Of a stretch of DNA of 64,000 bases, positions 1-9,249 are shown piece by piece; positions within the stretch are counted from its first letter, which is position 1, and every line of letters begins with the position of its first letter. A program made the translations under genes and the position numbers. The stretch lies in the IMG/VR virus record IMGVR_UViG_3300025536_000001, positions 1 to 64,000 of that record; one strand, given 5' to 3'. Origin of the DNA: a virus. The notes beneath the pieces are model-generated. The model ran no database searches. It was not told the DNA's origin and saw only the letters and a list, made by a program, of their open reading frames with translations.

Positions 1-108
1 GCGTTATTCTCCGAGGTCAATGCTGCCGCTGCTGATGCAGCCGCGTTGGTTTCTGCAGTCTCAGCGTTATTCTCCGAGGTCAATGCTGCCGCTGCTGATG
101 CAGCCGCG
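1..108. repeat. Tandem duplication with 63-bp period (exact 45-bp copies at 1-45 and 64-108) inside the fibre gene
   Basis: Direct reading: gcgttattctccgaggtcaatgctgccgctgctgatgcagccgcg occurs twice. It encodes the 21-aa unit ...AAASAAAALTSENNA. Confidence 0.9.
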
Positions 109-440
109 TCATCTACATACGCCTGGATAAAATCACTGTGCCCAGAGGAGAACACATGCTTTGCACCAGCAGAGAAATTAACTGGACTGTTTGAATTGCT
201 AGAAGCCACAACCGTCTGGCTTCCACCCCGGCGTAGCGTTGTAGCATCCACCATATCAGTGCTGCCGACTTCCCATTCCCCGGTGGTTTTACATTCAATC
301 ACATAGGGAAAAGTTTGACCGCCAAAACCATAGGCTGCGTTAAAACTTTGGTATGAGCTCTCAGCACCGGTCAAGGTGAAATTTCCCAACCCGGTTGTGG
401 TAGAATTCTCAAATACCCTATCCTTTAAAATATCTGGCAT
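1..440 (-). CDS. Tail fibre / host-recognition protein, N-terminal part; ORF runs off the left edge
   Basis: Own translation of the minus strand from ATG 440-438 (AAGGAGAGAAC just upstream) gives MPDILKDRVFENSTTTGLGNFTLTGAESSYQSF... The frame is open to position 1. Ala/Ser-rich repeats resemble fibre shafts, and the gene lies directly downstream of tail genes. It is absent from the ORF track because it has no stop in the window. Confidence 0.7.
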   Translation of the reverse strand, partial: MPDILKDRVFENSTTTGLGNFTLTGAESSYQSFNAAYGFGGQTFPYVIECKTTGEWEVGSTDMVDATTLRRGGSQTVVASSNSNSPVNFSAGAKHVFSSGHSDFIQAYVDDAAASAAAALTSENNAETAETNAAASAAAALTSENN

Positions 441-449
441 GTTCTCTCC

Positions 450-884
450 TTAAACCACAGGTTGATCGGTGAGAAGCCCACCCGACCCAAAAGTTATAAT
501 AGCATCCTCCCCCACAGGAAATGAGGTTGACCCTCCGAAATCTATGTAGGAAACAAGTTTATTTCCTGCTGTTACATTACGAATGACCGCCCCAGTGGTG
601 GGCCCTAAATCAATAGTATCTGGTGACCACAGTATATCGCTAGAGTCCCACACAACAATCCCATCCACCTGTTCCACAGTTTTATTGAGGAGGAGTTCCC
701 CACCCACTGTATAACCATTACCGTTAGCCAGTTCATATGAAGACGCGCTGCTCCAATCAGTATGATCAGCATCAAACACGTAATCATTAACGAGAGAGAT
801 TCTCAGCTCGTCATTCACCCCGTCGAAGTTCCCTTTTAAGGCTTCGGCCATTAGGTGGTTATATGTGTATACAGTAATAGCCAT
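450..884 (-). CDS. Distal tail / baseplate-region structural protein (function unknown)
   Basis: ORF track, 144 aa. There is a 2-nt gap to the upstream gene. It lies between the tape measure and the fibre gene. No motif recognised. Confidence 0.6.
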   Translation of the reverse strand: MAITVYTYNHLMAEALKGNFDGVNDELRISLVNDYVFDADHTDWSSASSYELANGNGYTVGGELLLNKTVEQVDGIVVWDSSDILWSPDTIDLGPTTGAVIRNVTAGNKLVSYIDFGGSTSFPVGEDAIITFGSGGLLTDQPVV

Positions 885-886
885 GA

Positions 887-1276
887 TTACTCCGGTATCT
901 CAATAAATTCTACTTCGAAAGCTTCTGTCGTACCACCCCCACCTAAGAGACTTTCTGGTTCCTCAAACGGTTTATTGAACCTGACTTCCAAAGTGCCGTA
1001 GACGGGGTGAGGATAGTGAAAACTCAAGAACAACTTATGCGCATGGTAGAAATCAATCAGGTTCTTCATATTGAAGGTGGGATTCACAGTAGCAGAAACC
1101 TCACTACCCTCAGTATAAAACCTCATCGCGGCAAAGGAAAGCTTGAAGATTCTCTGATCCGGCGCCGTAGGAGGGGCAGTAAAAATGTATGAGTTCCCGA
1201 ACTGACCCCGGATACCTGATTCTGGATTGACAGTTTTCACTTTATGAAATGGAAAATCAAAGACTTCTAAGGCCAT
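887..1276 (-). CDS. Minor tail protein, lambda gpM-like (tentative)
   Basis: ORF track, 129 aa. TAATG junction with the tape-measure stop. Size and position right after the tape measure, and the pattern FGNSY..F.LSF...F, recall gpM-type proteins (memory only). Confidence 0.5.
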   Translation of the reverse strand: MALEVFDFPFHKVKTVNPESGIRGQFGNSYIFTAPPTAPDQRIFKLSFAAMRFYTEGSEVSATVNPTFNMKNLIDFYHAHKLFLSFHYPHPVYGTLEVRFNKPFEEPESLLGGGGTTEAFEVEFIEIPE

Positions 1277-4200
1277 TACAATGCCCCCACTGAAATAGAC
1301 TTCACCAGCTTCTTGGTTGCCCCGCCGCGTATCATATCATCGGTGATAGCGGCCACCACATCATGCTTGGTCATAGAAGGTCTCTCGTTAGGAGGAACCA
1401 CATAGACGTTAAGGAACACAGGATCCGCTGGTTTTGAGTATGCTTGCGGCCTGGATTGAGACATTTTTCGATTACCATAGGCGTTGATCATATCCAGGTT
1501 TTCCTTACCGATCATCTGGACAGCAGACTGGCGCAGCATGTACTCACCCGGTTGGGCAAGGACAGGAACCGAGTCGCGGGTTGTGATACCACGACCTGTC
1601 GCGGCCCTCATCATCCCACCTTCTTTTTTACCTAAGAAGAAACCAAAAAGGTTACCTAAGAATCCACTACCCCCAGTGATGACGTTAGCTGCAGCAGCAT
1701 CTGCTACTTTCTTAATGAGGCTCTCAACTATCGTTACCCCAAGAGCCCTAGCAGCATCACCCATGGTGGCGGTGCCCTTCGCCCAGTCTTGAAGAAAAGT
1801 AGATAGAGCAGCTCTAGATGCCTCAAGAGACTCGGTTATATTCCTATTAATATTCTTCCCAAGATCAAAGTTCTTCTGCATCTGCTTATTACTAGCAGCT
1901 ACAGCCTCCTCGATGGCTTTCGACAACTCTAGATTATTCTGAGTAGAAATACCTATAGCAGCGTTATACTCCTCAGTGGCATCTGTTAACTGCTTATCCA
2001 ATTCCAGCTCTTTCTTCTTCTCCGCGTTTACCCCAGCTTGTAACCGGGCAAACGCCTCCCTATCAGAAAGACTAGCCGTATCGCTATCAGCCCCTGCAGC
2101 GGACAGAATACTTAATCGAGGAACCTGACCATTCTCTGGAGAATAAAGCCCGGTTCTCACCAGGTTTAATTCATTTCTTATGCGTTTTATTTCTATACTA
2201 AGTTTCTCCGTATCAATTTCTTTTAACTGATTATCAAATGAGGCAATAGTGGCATCAGAGAACCTTCCGTAAAGAGGACTGTTAATATCTTCATTCTCCT
2301 TTTTAAGAGCATTCAATTCTGCTGACTTTCTATCTAAAGGTAGTGTGGCGCGTTGTAATTCCAGGTTTACTTTTTCGAATACAGCCTGAGTTAATTCCAA
2401 GAAACTTGCAGCGGCCTCTCCCACACGAGAAATAGACTCAGACGTCTTCTCCCCAGTTTTTGCCAATAGGGTCTTAAGTTTTAAACTTAAATATTCGACC
2501 CCCTCTTTACCCACTTTTCCTGATTCGATTAAACCCTTTAGTTCATAAAGCTCACTATCAGGTGTGATACTTGCAGCAGCCGCAGCAAACGCAGCTTCCA
2601 TCTTCACAGAATCATTCTCAAGAAGATCGTCTAATGTTTTCTTCAGAGTATTTTGCAGTTCAGCAATATACTTCGTAATGCTCTCTTGAGCTTTAAGATT
2701 CCCTGAGGCTTCTGCTTTTGACAACTCAGATCTTTGGCTCTCTAATTCCAAAGTAATTCTGTCGATCTGATCATTAACACTCTTATATGGAAGAACTGTT
2801 TCACCAACCAGCCTGGCTTTTTCTTTTAAACTCTCCACATATGAATTATCAGCCTGGCTAGTTTTAGCTTCAGCCATTCGTACAAAATCTAATGCTTTAT
2901 TTATCTGGGATTTTAACTCTAAACCTTCTTTTAGGCGCCCCTCAGATTCTATTCTTGATTTTTCTGTGCCTTCAGCCAACCCCTGTGTCTTCTTATAAAT
3001 CCCTTGAATGATTTTCTCTATGTCAACACTGGCTTGAGTTAAGGTGGTACGAACATCAACTATGTCTTTTTTGTATATCTCTTGCTTGTTGGGATCAAGA
3101 AGATCATACCGGTTGTTGGCCATGAAGTTGAACATTGTGTCCGCACCAAGAACCCGTTCTCTAATGGGATAGAACGGAGAACTGGTTGGAGTAGTACCAG
3201 TCATCCCTTGCTGAAGAATAGAAACACTGGTAGGCGCTGGAGGAATAATATGCTTTATAGCCCCCGCTGCCTGTTGTAAAGTTAGGCTCTGTTGTGTAGA
3301 GGATATTCTTAATAGCTCTTGTAACCCCGCGTACTTCTCTGCGCTTGCTTCTAACTGGAGCTCTCTAAGTTTTTCTATTAACTCACCAACAGGGTCTATT
3401 GCCCCCTCTTTTATTGCTTTACCAAGCTCTGGAAATTTTATTTGGAGACGCAGTAACTCTGTTTCCAACGCGTTGTGATCGTCTGAAAGAAGAGCATATC
3501 GACCTACCAACCTGTCAATCTCTTCCTGATAACTATTTATTTTATCAGTTGCTGCCCCCACGTTAGATTGTTGAGTATTAAAAGCAGCGTTTGCTTTATC
3601 TAGTTGTTGATTTAGAGTAGGAAAAAACCTAGATAAGGTCTGCATTCCGACAATCAATGCTGTGATACCTACCGCCCATAGTGAGAGAGGAGATATACCT
3701 CTCCCAGCAACTCTTGCAAATGAAGAAGACAAACCGGTGGTTGCCACAGTTGCCGCTACAGAAGCTATCTCCACCCCCCTAATACTTTTTACTACGTTAC
3801 TTAGACCAGATATCATTATAGGAATGTCTGTGATTAACGTGCGTAGTCCTATTGCTCCCGCAATATCAAATATTTTCTTACCAGCGAAAGCAACGCCGAA
3901 ACCTGTAAGTAATGTGCCGAACGCAGGAAACACAACCTTCAAAGCCCTAAGAGTGTCTATGAAACTACCAGAAAGCTTTGTGATAACAATAAGAGCGTTT
4001 TTTACCGGTTCAAACCCTTGGTCTATAGCAACACCAAGTTGGCCAGAGAATTGTGAAAAAACATTTGAGAGGGAACGCATTTGTTTTGCGTTCGCCTCCG
4101 CAGCAGCATTAGTAAGAAGAATTTCTTTTTCAAGACGGGATGCCAACCCTATATTATTTGAGATAGCCAAGAACGCCGCGGCGCCTCTTACCTCAAATGC

Positions 4201-5706
4201 TTTGAACGCATTCTCAGTTCCAAAGCCTGCCTTAGTTAAATTCTGCAGTGCCCCAATAAGCCCCTGACTATTAATATCAACGTCATGCGCAGTCAAACCA
4301 ACTGCTTGGAGCTGTTCAATCAACTTCTTACTGGGGTTTTGAAGTTCAATTATTACATTACGAAGACCGGTACCAAGAGTGGAACCAGACTTAATACCAG
4401 CGTTGGCTAACGCACCAAGCACGGCAACCGTTTCTTCAAAGGTAGCTCCAGATTGTGCCGCGGCATTACCCGCGTATTGAAGACCAGTTACCAACTTATC
4501 AGTGGTCAATTTCGTCTTGTTGATCGCTCCAACTAAAACGTCTGCTACGTGAGCAGTGTCATCAACACTTAGATTAAAAATATTCAGAACTGAACTTGCT
4601 GATTCCGCGGCGGTAGTAAGATCAGTACCTACCGCGGTTGCAAAAAGACTAATGGGACCTATAGCCTTCTTGATCTGTTCAGCACCAAAACCAGCCTGCC
4701 CGAGGATCAGAGCGGCCTTAGAAATATCCACCGCAGTGAATTTGGTGGTAGATGCCACATCAATAATTGTGTCCTTCAATCCAACCATCTCAGTATCGGT
4801 AAGATCAGCAACGGCAGCGAGATCTTGAAGTGCTTTATCAAATTCTACCACGAAGCGTGAACCAAAACTGAATAGGCTAAAGATCTGAGACATGATAAGG
4901 TAGTTGCCCAGTAGACCAGCTTGAATCTTGAAAAGCTGTGGTAGATAGTTTGGGTCACCTAGACGGTTCGCTATCCCCTGCGCCGGCGTAGTCCCACGAC
5001 CAGGCAGGGCCAGCTGTGCGAAAGTCTTACCACCATTTACTGGGATTGACTCCTGACGCGAGGCAATAGCTGCTGCCTCTCCCCTCCTCTTGAGAAGAAG
5101 AATTCTAGCCTCTTCAGCACGATTTACAGCTATCAAACCTTTTTCAAGCTTGGCCAGCGCTGCTTGTTCTTTTTCAAGGATACCTAATCCAGCGGTTTGT
5201 CCCCGCGCTAATTTTGCATCAGCTTCAGCAGTGGCGGCGAATACTCTTGATCTCTGAGCAATAATCTGATCCGCAAGAATAGATTTATTCCGAGAGGCGA
5301 TCTCTTGAATTGCGTCTTTCAATTTAATCTTAGGAAGAAGATCAAGAGCCTTTGATTGAGATCGCATACCTGCATAGATAGCAGTTACGAGATCCGCCCC
5401 CATTTTCCCGTATTCGCCTTTTAGCTTTGCGATTTTTCCCTTATTATTTGTAAGGGCTAGAAGATTCTCAACCCCGCCGGCGCCAAGGTTTTTGAGAAGA
5501 TTATTAGCAGAGGTTCCTGCCCCAGCCATCGCTTTGTTGAATGCGACCGTCTCGCCGGCGATCTGCCCAACGAGCGTCCTCATGCTGTTGAAAGTTGTCT
5601 CTAGATTTCTGGCTGAGTTGTTGGATGAAAGAAGAGACTCTTGAAGCTTGGTGAGCTGATCAAGCCTCTGGATTACAATCTCTAAGGTTGGTTTATCTAC
5701 AGCCAC
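1276..5706 (-). CDS. Tail tape measure protein
   Basis: 1476 aa with long coiled-coil stretches. The block AAVADLTDTEMVGLKDTIIDVASTTKFTAVDISKAALILGQAGF matches the conserved tape-measure core (TP901 type). Hydrophobic Gly-rich segments are present. The GTG start abuts the chaperone -1 frame stop. Confidence 0.95.
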   Translation of the reverse strand: MAVDKPTLEIVIQRLDQLTKLQESLLSSNNSARNLETTFNSMRTLVGQIAGETVAFNKAMAGAGTSANNLLKNLGAGGVENLLALTNNKGKIAKLKGEYGKMGADLVTAIYAGMRSQSKALDLLPKIKLKDAIQEIASRNKSILADQIIAQRSRVFAATAEADAKLARGQTAGLGILEKEQAALAKLEKGLIAVNRAEEARILLLKRRGEAAAIASRQESIPVNGGKTFAQLALPGRGTTPAQGIANRLGDPNYLPQLFKIQAGLLGNYLIMSQIFSLFSFGSRFVVEFDKALQDLAAVADLTDTEMVGLKDTIIDVASTTKFTAVDISKAALILGQAGFGAEQIKKAIGPISLFATAVGTDLTTAAESASSVLNIFNLSVDDTAHVADVLVGAINKTKLTTDKLVTGLQYAGNAAAQSGATFEETVAVLGALANAGIKSGSTLGTGLRNVIIELQNPSKKLIEQLQAVGLTAHDVDINSQGLIGALQNLTKAGFGTENAFKAFEVRGAAAFLAISNNIGLASRLEKEILLTNAAAEANAKQMRSLSNVFSQFSGQLGVAIDQGFEPVKNALIVITKLSGSFIDTLRALKVVFPAFGTLLTGFGVAFAGKKIFDIAGAIGLRTLITDIPIMISGLSNVVKSIRGVEIASVAATVATTGLSSSFARVAGRGISPLSLWAVGITALIVGMQTLSRFFPTLNQQLDKANAAFNTQQSNVGAATDKINSYQEEIDRLVGRYALLSDDHNALETELLRLQIKFPELGKAIKEGAIDPVGELIEKLRELQLEASAEKYAGLQELLRISSTQQSLTLQQAAGAIKHIIPPAPTSVSILQQGMTGTTPTSSPFYPIRERVLGADTMFNFMANNRYDLLDPNKQEIYKKDIVDVRTTLTQASVDIEKIIQGIYKKTQGLAEGTEKSRIESEGRLKEGLELKSQINKALDFVRMAEAKTSQADNSYVESLKEKARLVGETVLPYKSVNDQIDRITLELESQRSELSKAEASGNLKAQESITKYIAELQNTLKKTLDDLLENDSVKMEAAFAAAAASITPDSELYELKGLIESGKVGKEGVEYLSLKLKTLLAKTGEKTSESISRVGEAAASFLELTQAVFEKVNLELQRATLPLDRKSAELNALKKENEDINSPLYGRFSDATIASFDNQLKEIDTEKLSIEIKRIRNELNLVRTGLYSPENGQVPRLSILSAAGADSDTASLSDREAFARLQAGVNAEKKKELELDKQLTDATEEYNAAIGISTQNNLELSKAIEEAVAASNKQMQKNFDLGKNINRNITESLEASRAALSTFLQDWAKGTATMGDAARALGVTIVESLIKKVADAAAANVITGGSGFLGNLFGFFLGKKEGGMMRAATGRGITTRDSVPVLAQPGEYMLRQSAVQMIGKENLDMINAYGNRKMSQSRPQAYSKPADPVFLNVYVVPPNERPSMTKHDVVAAITDDMIRGGATKKLVKSISVGAL

Positions 5707-6066
5707 CTAGTTCTTCCCCATCATTGCGGCGAATTGCATCTTCGCCTCTACAGCGTTTTTAGGTGCCGAAACTTCTTCCTTACCCCCGCCGAAGAGACCA
5801 GACACAACGTAGGCCAGGATTTGAAGATCCTCGGTAGACCTCGCCCGTTCGAAACCCAACTTTAGCTTCAAACGGGTTTTAATGTCCCACTCTGTATTCT
5901 GCCACAGAATTGCTTCCGTGTCACTTAACCGGCAGTCGTAGGCCCAGCAGAGGCACTCCCCTCCGGTAAGGCTTCCGTACCAGTCGGTGATCCCATTAAT
6001 TTCTGAAGCAGCGCTTCCGGGGCCGTCAGGTCTTTTTGCAGCCTCGTCGCGCTTTTCACGAAAAAA
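5707..6066 (-). CDS. Putative -1 frameshift extension of the tail assembly chaperone (GT-like product)
   Basis: Own translation: the -1 frame is open from the T_TTT_TTC heptamer (minus-strand reading of 6066-6060) to TAG at 5709-5707, which abuts the tape-measure GTG. It encodes ...DTEAILWQNTEWDIKTRLKLKLGFERARSTEDLQILAYVVSG... and has no start codon of its own. Confidence 0.5.
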   Translation of the reverse strand, partial: FFREKRDEAAKRPDGPGSAASEINGITDWYGSLTGGECLCWAYDCRLSDTEAILWQNTEWDIKTRLKLKLGFERARSTEDLQILAYVVSGLFGGGKEEVSAPKNAVEAKMQFAAMMGKN

Positions 6067-6365
6067 TAGAGGATGTGCTCCGTCACCCAGGTCGTAACGC
6101 GCTCCCCGTCTTCAATTGTCATAATGAAATCATCAAGGGAACATTCCGACTTAGGTTCCCCATGCCCAGCGCGGGGCCTGAGAGCTTCCAGCATAAGCTC
6201 TGATTGCAGGGGTACGTTGAAGTATAGCCCATGAACATCTTCACCTGAGGCCATCGTGCGCGTCACCAGGCGCCGTATTAGACCAGCCGACATGAACAGT
6301 TCGGCAGGTTTATCGTTAACCATAATGCTCAGCCGATCATTCGGCTTTTCCATAGTTTCTGACAT
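5925..6365 (-). CDS. Tail assembly chaperone (G-like)
   Basis: 146-aa ORF between the major tail gene and the tape measure, the canonical chaperone position. Confidence 0.7.
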   Translation of the reverse strand: MSETMEKPNDRLSIMVNDKPAELFMSAGLIRRLVTRTMASGEDVHGLYFNVPLQSELMLEALRPRAGHGEPKSECSLDDFIMTIEDGERVTTWVTEHILYFFVKSATRLQKDLTAPEALLQKLMGSPTGTEALPEGSASAGPTTAG

Positions 6366-6467
6366 GAGTTCTCCCTTTGTTGTGTTGTCCTAAAAGAACA
6401 ACCACCCCATGCTAACATGGGGTGGTTGACGCTGCAAGCCCGTTCGGGAGATAACGAGCGAGACGTT

Positions 6468-7241
6468 TTACTGGAGATACATCCTGGACTGATCACCACC
6501 GAACTCCGTATAGAACGGGTCAGTAGTAACCTGGCTGTAAATCGTGAACTCAAAGGGCAGATTGCCAAAGTCCTGAGACGTAAAGGCAAGGCTGAAACCT
6601 TTGATGATACGCAGTTTCGGGATCTCAATAACACAGACAGTGCCGTCTGCAAGCTTACCAGAGATCTTCGCAGCATAGTACGGCTGGTCATCTTTGGAAC
6701 CAATCGCCAGTTTGTTGACGAGCAGAACCTGTGCATTGTCGGCGATGTCAGGAAGAGCCATCGTAACGGTGATCACTTCACCAGTTGATGTAGATGCAAT
6801 CTCTCTGACAACGAAGTCATCTTCACTGTCGTTCTTGATCAGAATGAAATCCCCCGCAGAGAAAAGGGCATTGTCATCAACGACCAGATCGAACTCAGGA
6901 GGAGAGCCGGCAACGATGGCGCCATTTACTGCTGTGGTAGCCGTCAGAGCCGTAAAGCTCTCAGCATCCGCCAGGCCGAGGCCGTATGCAAGGTTACGCG
7001 CGGTATACTCATAGGTCTCCATCGTAGCACGAACAGGGTTGTTGGTAAGAACCGAGAACACGATCTCGTTCTTCACACCTTGACCAAGTTCAGTGTAAGA
7101 GGGTTCTGCCGTCAGCGTGAAGTTTTTCACGAGACCGATTGAGTGTTCTGCAGGATTGAGGTTGTGAAGATCAGCTTGTGGGCCGATCATTACAGTAGCG
7201 GTGTTCAGCATGAACTTTTGCGTTTTAGCTAAGCCGGGCAT
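6468..7241 (-). CDS. Major tail (tube) protein
   Basis: 257 aa. AAGGAG precedes the ATG. It sits immediately upstream of the chaperone/tape-measure pair. Confidence 0.7.
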   Translation of the reverse strand: MPGLAKTQKFMLNTATVMIGPQADLHNLNPAEHSIGLVKNFTLTAEPSYTELGQGVKNEIVFSVLTNNPVRATMETYEYTARNLAYGLGLADAESFTALTATTAVNGAIVAGSPPEFDLVVDDNALFSAGDFILIKNDSEDDFVVREIASTSTGEVITVTMALPDIADNAQVLLVNKLAIGSKDDQPYYAAKISGKLADGTVCVIEIPKLRIIKGFSLAFTSQDFGNLPFEFTIYSQVTTDPFYTEFGGDQSRMYLQ

Positions 7242-7264
7242 GGGAATCTCCTTTTTGCCATTGA

Positions 7265-7295
7265 TTGAAAAATGTCTTCAACAATCCAATATATC
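7265..7295 (+). promoter_or_regulatory. Candidate sigma70-like promoter for the RHH gene
   Basis: TTGAAA (7265-7270), then a 17-19 nt spacer, then the AATATATC region (7288-7295), in an 85-bp gap that no late gene covers. Confidence 0.35.
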
Positions 7296-7326
7296 ATGTT
7301 ATGTTTTAAGGAGTATAAATTAAACA

Positions 7327-7548
7327 GTGGCAAACCCTTTCATTAATATGAAAAAAGTCCCGGTGAACATCTACCTTCCTCCAGACCTAAACCAGGCCAT
7401 ACGAAACCGGGCCCGGAACAACAGCCGAAGTCTGTCTGGGGAAATTGAGAATATTTTGAAGAAGCACCTTCAGATGCAGATCAATCGAGAGATGGTGGAT
7501 TCTCTAGAGCAAGACCAAAGCGAAGAACAATCTCAATCAGAGGCCTGA
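7327..7548 (+). CDS. Ribbon-helix-helix (Arc/MetJ/CopG-type) DNA-binding protein, antisense to the late operon
   Basis: KKVPVNIYLPPDLNQAIRNRARNNSRSLSGEIENILKKHL fits the strand/helix/helix RHH pattern. It fills a 239-nt gap in minus-strand coding. The tail is acidic. The start may be GTG 7327 or ATG 7348. Confidence 0.7.
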   Translation: MANPFINMKKVPVNIYLPPDLNQAIRNRARNNSRSLSGEIENILKKHLQMQINREMVDSLEQDQSEEQSQSEA

Positions 7549-7933
7549 CCTCAGTGGTCGTAAGAGGCAATGCTGCTGTTGGTCTCATCACTATGGCTTG
7601 TCCTATTGGTTCTCCATCAACGGTTCTCACAATAGGGATTGCAAACCCAGGCTCTAATTTTGAATAGAGATAATCCACTACAGGCCGAAGCCGGCGAAGA
7701 TTGGCATCATCCGCCAAGGTGCATACAACAAAAGAACATGAACCAATATGTGTTTCTTCATCGTTCTCCAAAGAATATTCGGCTATTCCTATGAGATCCG
7801 CGTCTGGTAATTTATTCAATGTGGCGTTGCTATCGAAATCAAAAACCTGAAAATCATCCAGGGAGATGGCTTCTTTGGTTTCCTTACAAAACGCTAGTAG
7901 GGATGATTGAACATCTAGATAAATTCCACTCAT
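7481..7933 (-). CDS. Tail terminator / tail completion-like protein (by position)
   Basis: 150 aa from ATG 7933 (ATGA overlap with the upstream stop). It is the last gene before the major tail gene. Its 3' end overlaps the RHH gene convergently by 68 nt. Confidence 0.55.
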   Translation of the reverse strand: MSGIYLDVQSSLLAFCKETKEAISLDDFQVFDFDSNATLNKLPDADLIGIAEYSLENDEETHIGSCSFVVCTLADDANLRRLRPVVDYLYSKLEPGFAIPIVRTVDGEPIGQAIVMRPTAALPLTTTEVRPLIEIVLRFGLALENPPSLD

Positions 7934-8700
7934 ATTACACCACGCCTCATTGCTGATCTCATTTCCACTTTCAACCAATACTCCATATAGGCACGAAGTA
8001 CAAGACGCTTCCTACCAGATGCTGCGCCTATTTTTCCTCTGCCGGGTCCAGGGTTGGTGAGTTTTGCAGAAATATTTTGTCCAGTTTCGTGCTCGAAGAT
8101 AAACGTCTCGACCGCCATATCATCCCCGCCGGCTAATACACTCGTCGCAAATTCTCCCGTTAACACAGGGAATGGTGTGAGCTCCACAAACGCCGATAAA
8201 CTCTTCGGAAGCTTTGTCCTTTGGGATATTCTTGTTCCCTTTTTCCCGTATATAACTTTCTGGAATCCCGCCCTTCGTTGGATATATCTAACTTCTGCTC
8301 TATCCCCATGAGCAGTAGAGCCTAATTTGTACGTAAGGGTTGGCACACCAAAGATTGTCTCATAATTCAAGGAAGGAAGAGAGACACTCAAAGGAGTTCC
8401 TTTCGTTCTACCACTTTTATAAAACACATCCGATCGTATTTTATGCTGTTTATACCTACGGCTGGTATACAACTCAGTGAGCGGTGCCCAGTTTATAGGT
8501 TTCACCCCTTCAAACGAGGGGGATTTTTTCTTATTTACAATTTTATTGGTCAGAATCTTAAAGAATTTTTTATTGGTCTGATTTATATTTGTACGTATTG
8601 TCTTCATCATATTAATGATAGCAGAATCGATCTGATCCGTTAAAGAAGCGAAGATCTGATCCCCCAAAAGATTTATAGACTCTTCGTTTTTCTTACTCAT
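7930..8700 (-). CDS. Neck / head-tail joining region protein (unknown)
   Basis: ORF track, 256 aa. Overlapping stop/start junctions with both neighbours. Confidence 0.6.
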   Translation of the reverse strand: MSKKNEESINLLGDQIFASLTDQIDSAIINMMKTIRTNINQTNKKFFKILTNKIVNKKKSPSFEGVKPINWAPLTELYTSRRYKQHKIRSDVFYKSGRTKGTPLSVSLPSLNYETIFGVPTLTYKLGSTAHGDRAEVRYIQRRAGFQKVIYGKKGTRISQRTKLPKSLSAFVELTPFPVLTGEFATSVLAGGDDMAVETFIFEHETGQNISAKLTNPGPGRGKIGAASGRKRLVLRAYMEYWLKVEMRSAMRRGVI

Positions 8701-9242
8701 CGCTTCTTCAATTCCAGGACGTAGACCCCTAAGACCATATCTGATTTAACAACCACAAAGTCCCCAACACGATCATCCACCAATACCTGGCGGTCGCAAA
8801 TTGCGACATGTTGTTCTTGTGGGATGTGAAGATGATCAACCATTGATGCTTTCGGCTGAGTAGAAAGATATACCACCCCATTATCTTGATCTGTGAAAAC
8901 TTCCTTCACACCAGTCACAGCGTTCTCTTGTACAGTACTCCCATACCACGTAAGAATTTGATCAACACCAAACAGTTTGAAATGCTTGTAGATTGGGTCT
9001 ACCGAAAAACCTTCTCCATGCTCTGCAATGATATAGGTGGTGTCATGCGCAATCATTACATTCCCAGGGACCAAGAATGTGTTGGGAGCAGTTCTTAAAT
9101 ATCGACGCGCTGAGAGAAAGTTGCTAACCCGGCTAGTGTCGGGAATATCCAACATCTGCCCGAAAAATTCTCTACCATCAATGAGCTTGAACTGGCTACG
9201 AAACCGTTTTCCGACCCCAAGAAGCTTATTGAGCCCAACCAT
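8697..9242 (-). CDS. Neck / head-tail joining region protein (unknown)
   Basis: ORF track, 181 aa. Coupled to its neighbours in the late operon. Confidence 0.6.
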   Translation of the reverse strand: MVGLNKLLGVGKRFRSQFKLIDGREFFGQMLDIPDTSRVSNFLSARRYLRTAPNTFLVPGNVMIAHDTTYIIAEHGEGFSVDPIYKHFKLFGVDQILTWYGSTVQENAVTGVKEVFTDQDNGVVYLSTQPKASMVDHLHIPQEQHVAICDRQVLVDDRVGDFVVVKSDMVLGVYVLELKKR

Positions 9243-9249
9243 GGTTCAC

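Noticed and set aside
46-306. Plus-strand 86-aa ORF (and minus-strand 61-aa ORF at 113-298) at the left edge
   Set aside because: Both are overlapped by a longer minus-strand frame that starts at ATG 440 with a good SD. That frame encodes a fibre-like protein with repeats, and the listed ORFs are alternative frames of it.
3662-4267. 201-aa plus-strand ORF (and other 60-100-aa ORFs) antisense to or out of frame with the tape-measure gene
   Set aside because: They lie inside a 1476-aa gene with clear tape-measure motifs, have no SD, and show low-complexity Ala/Pro/Ser composition typical of shadow frames.
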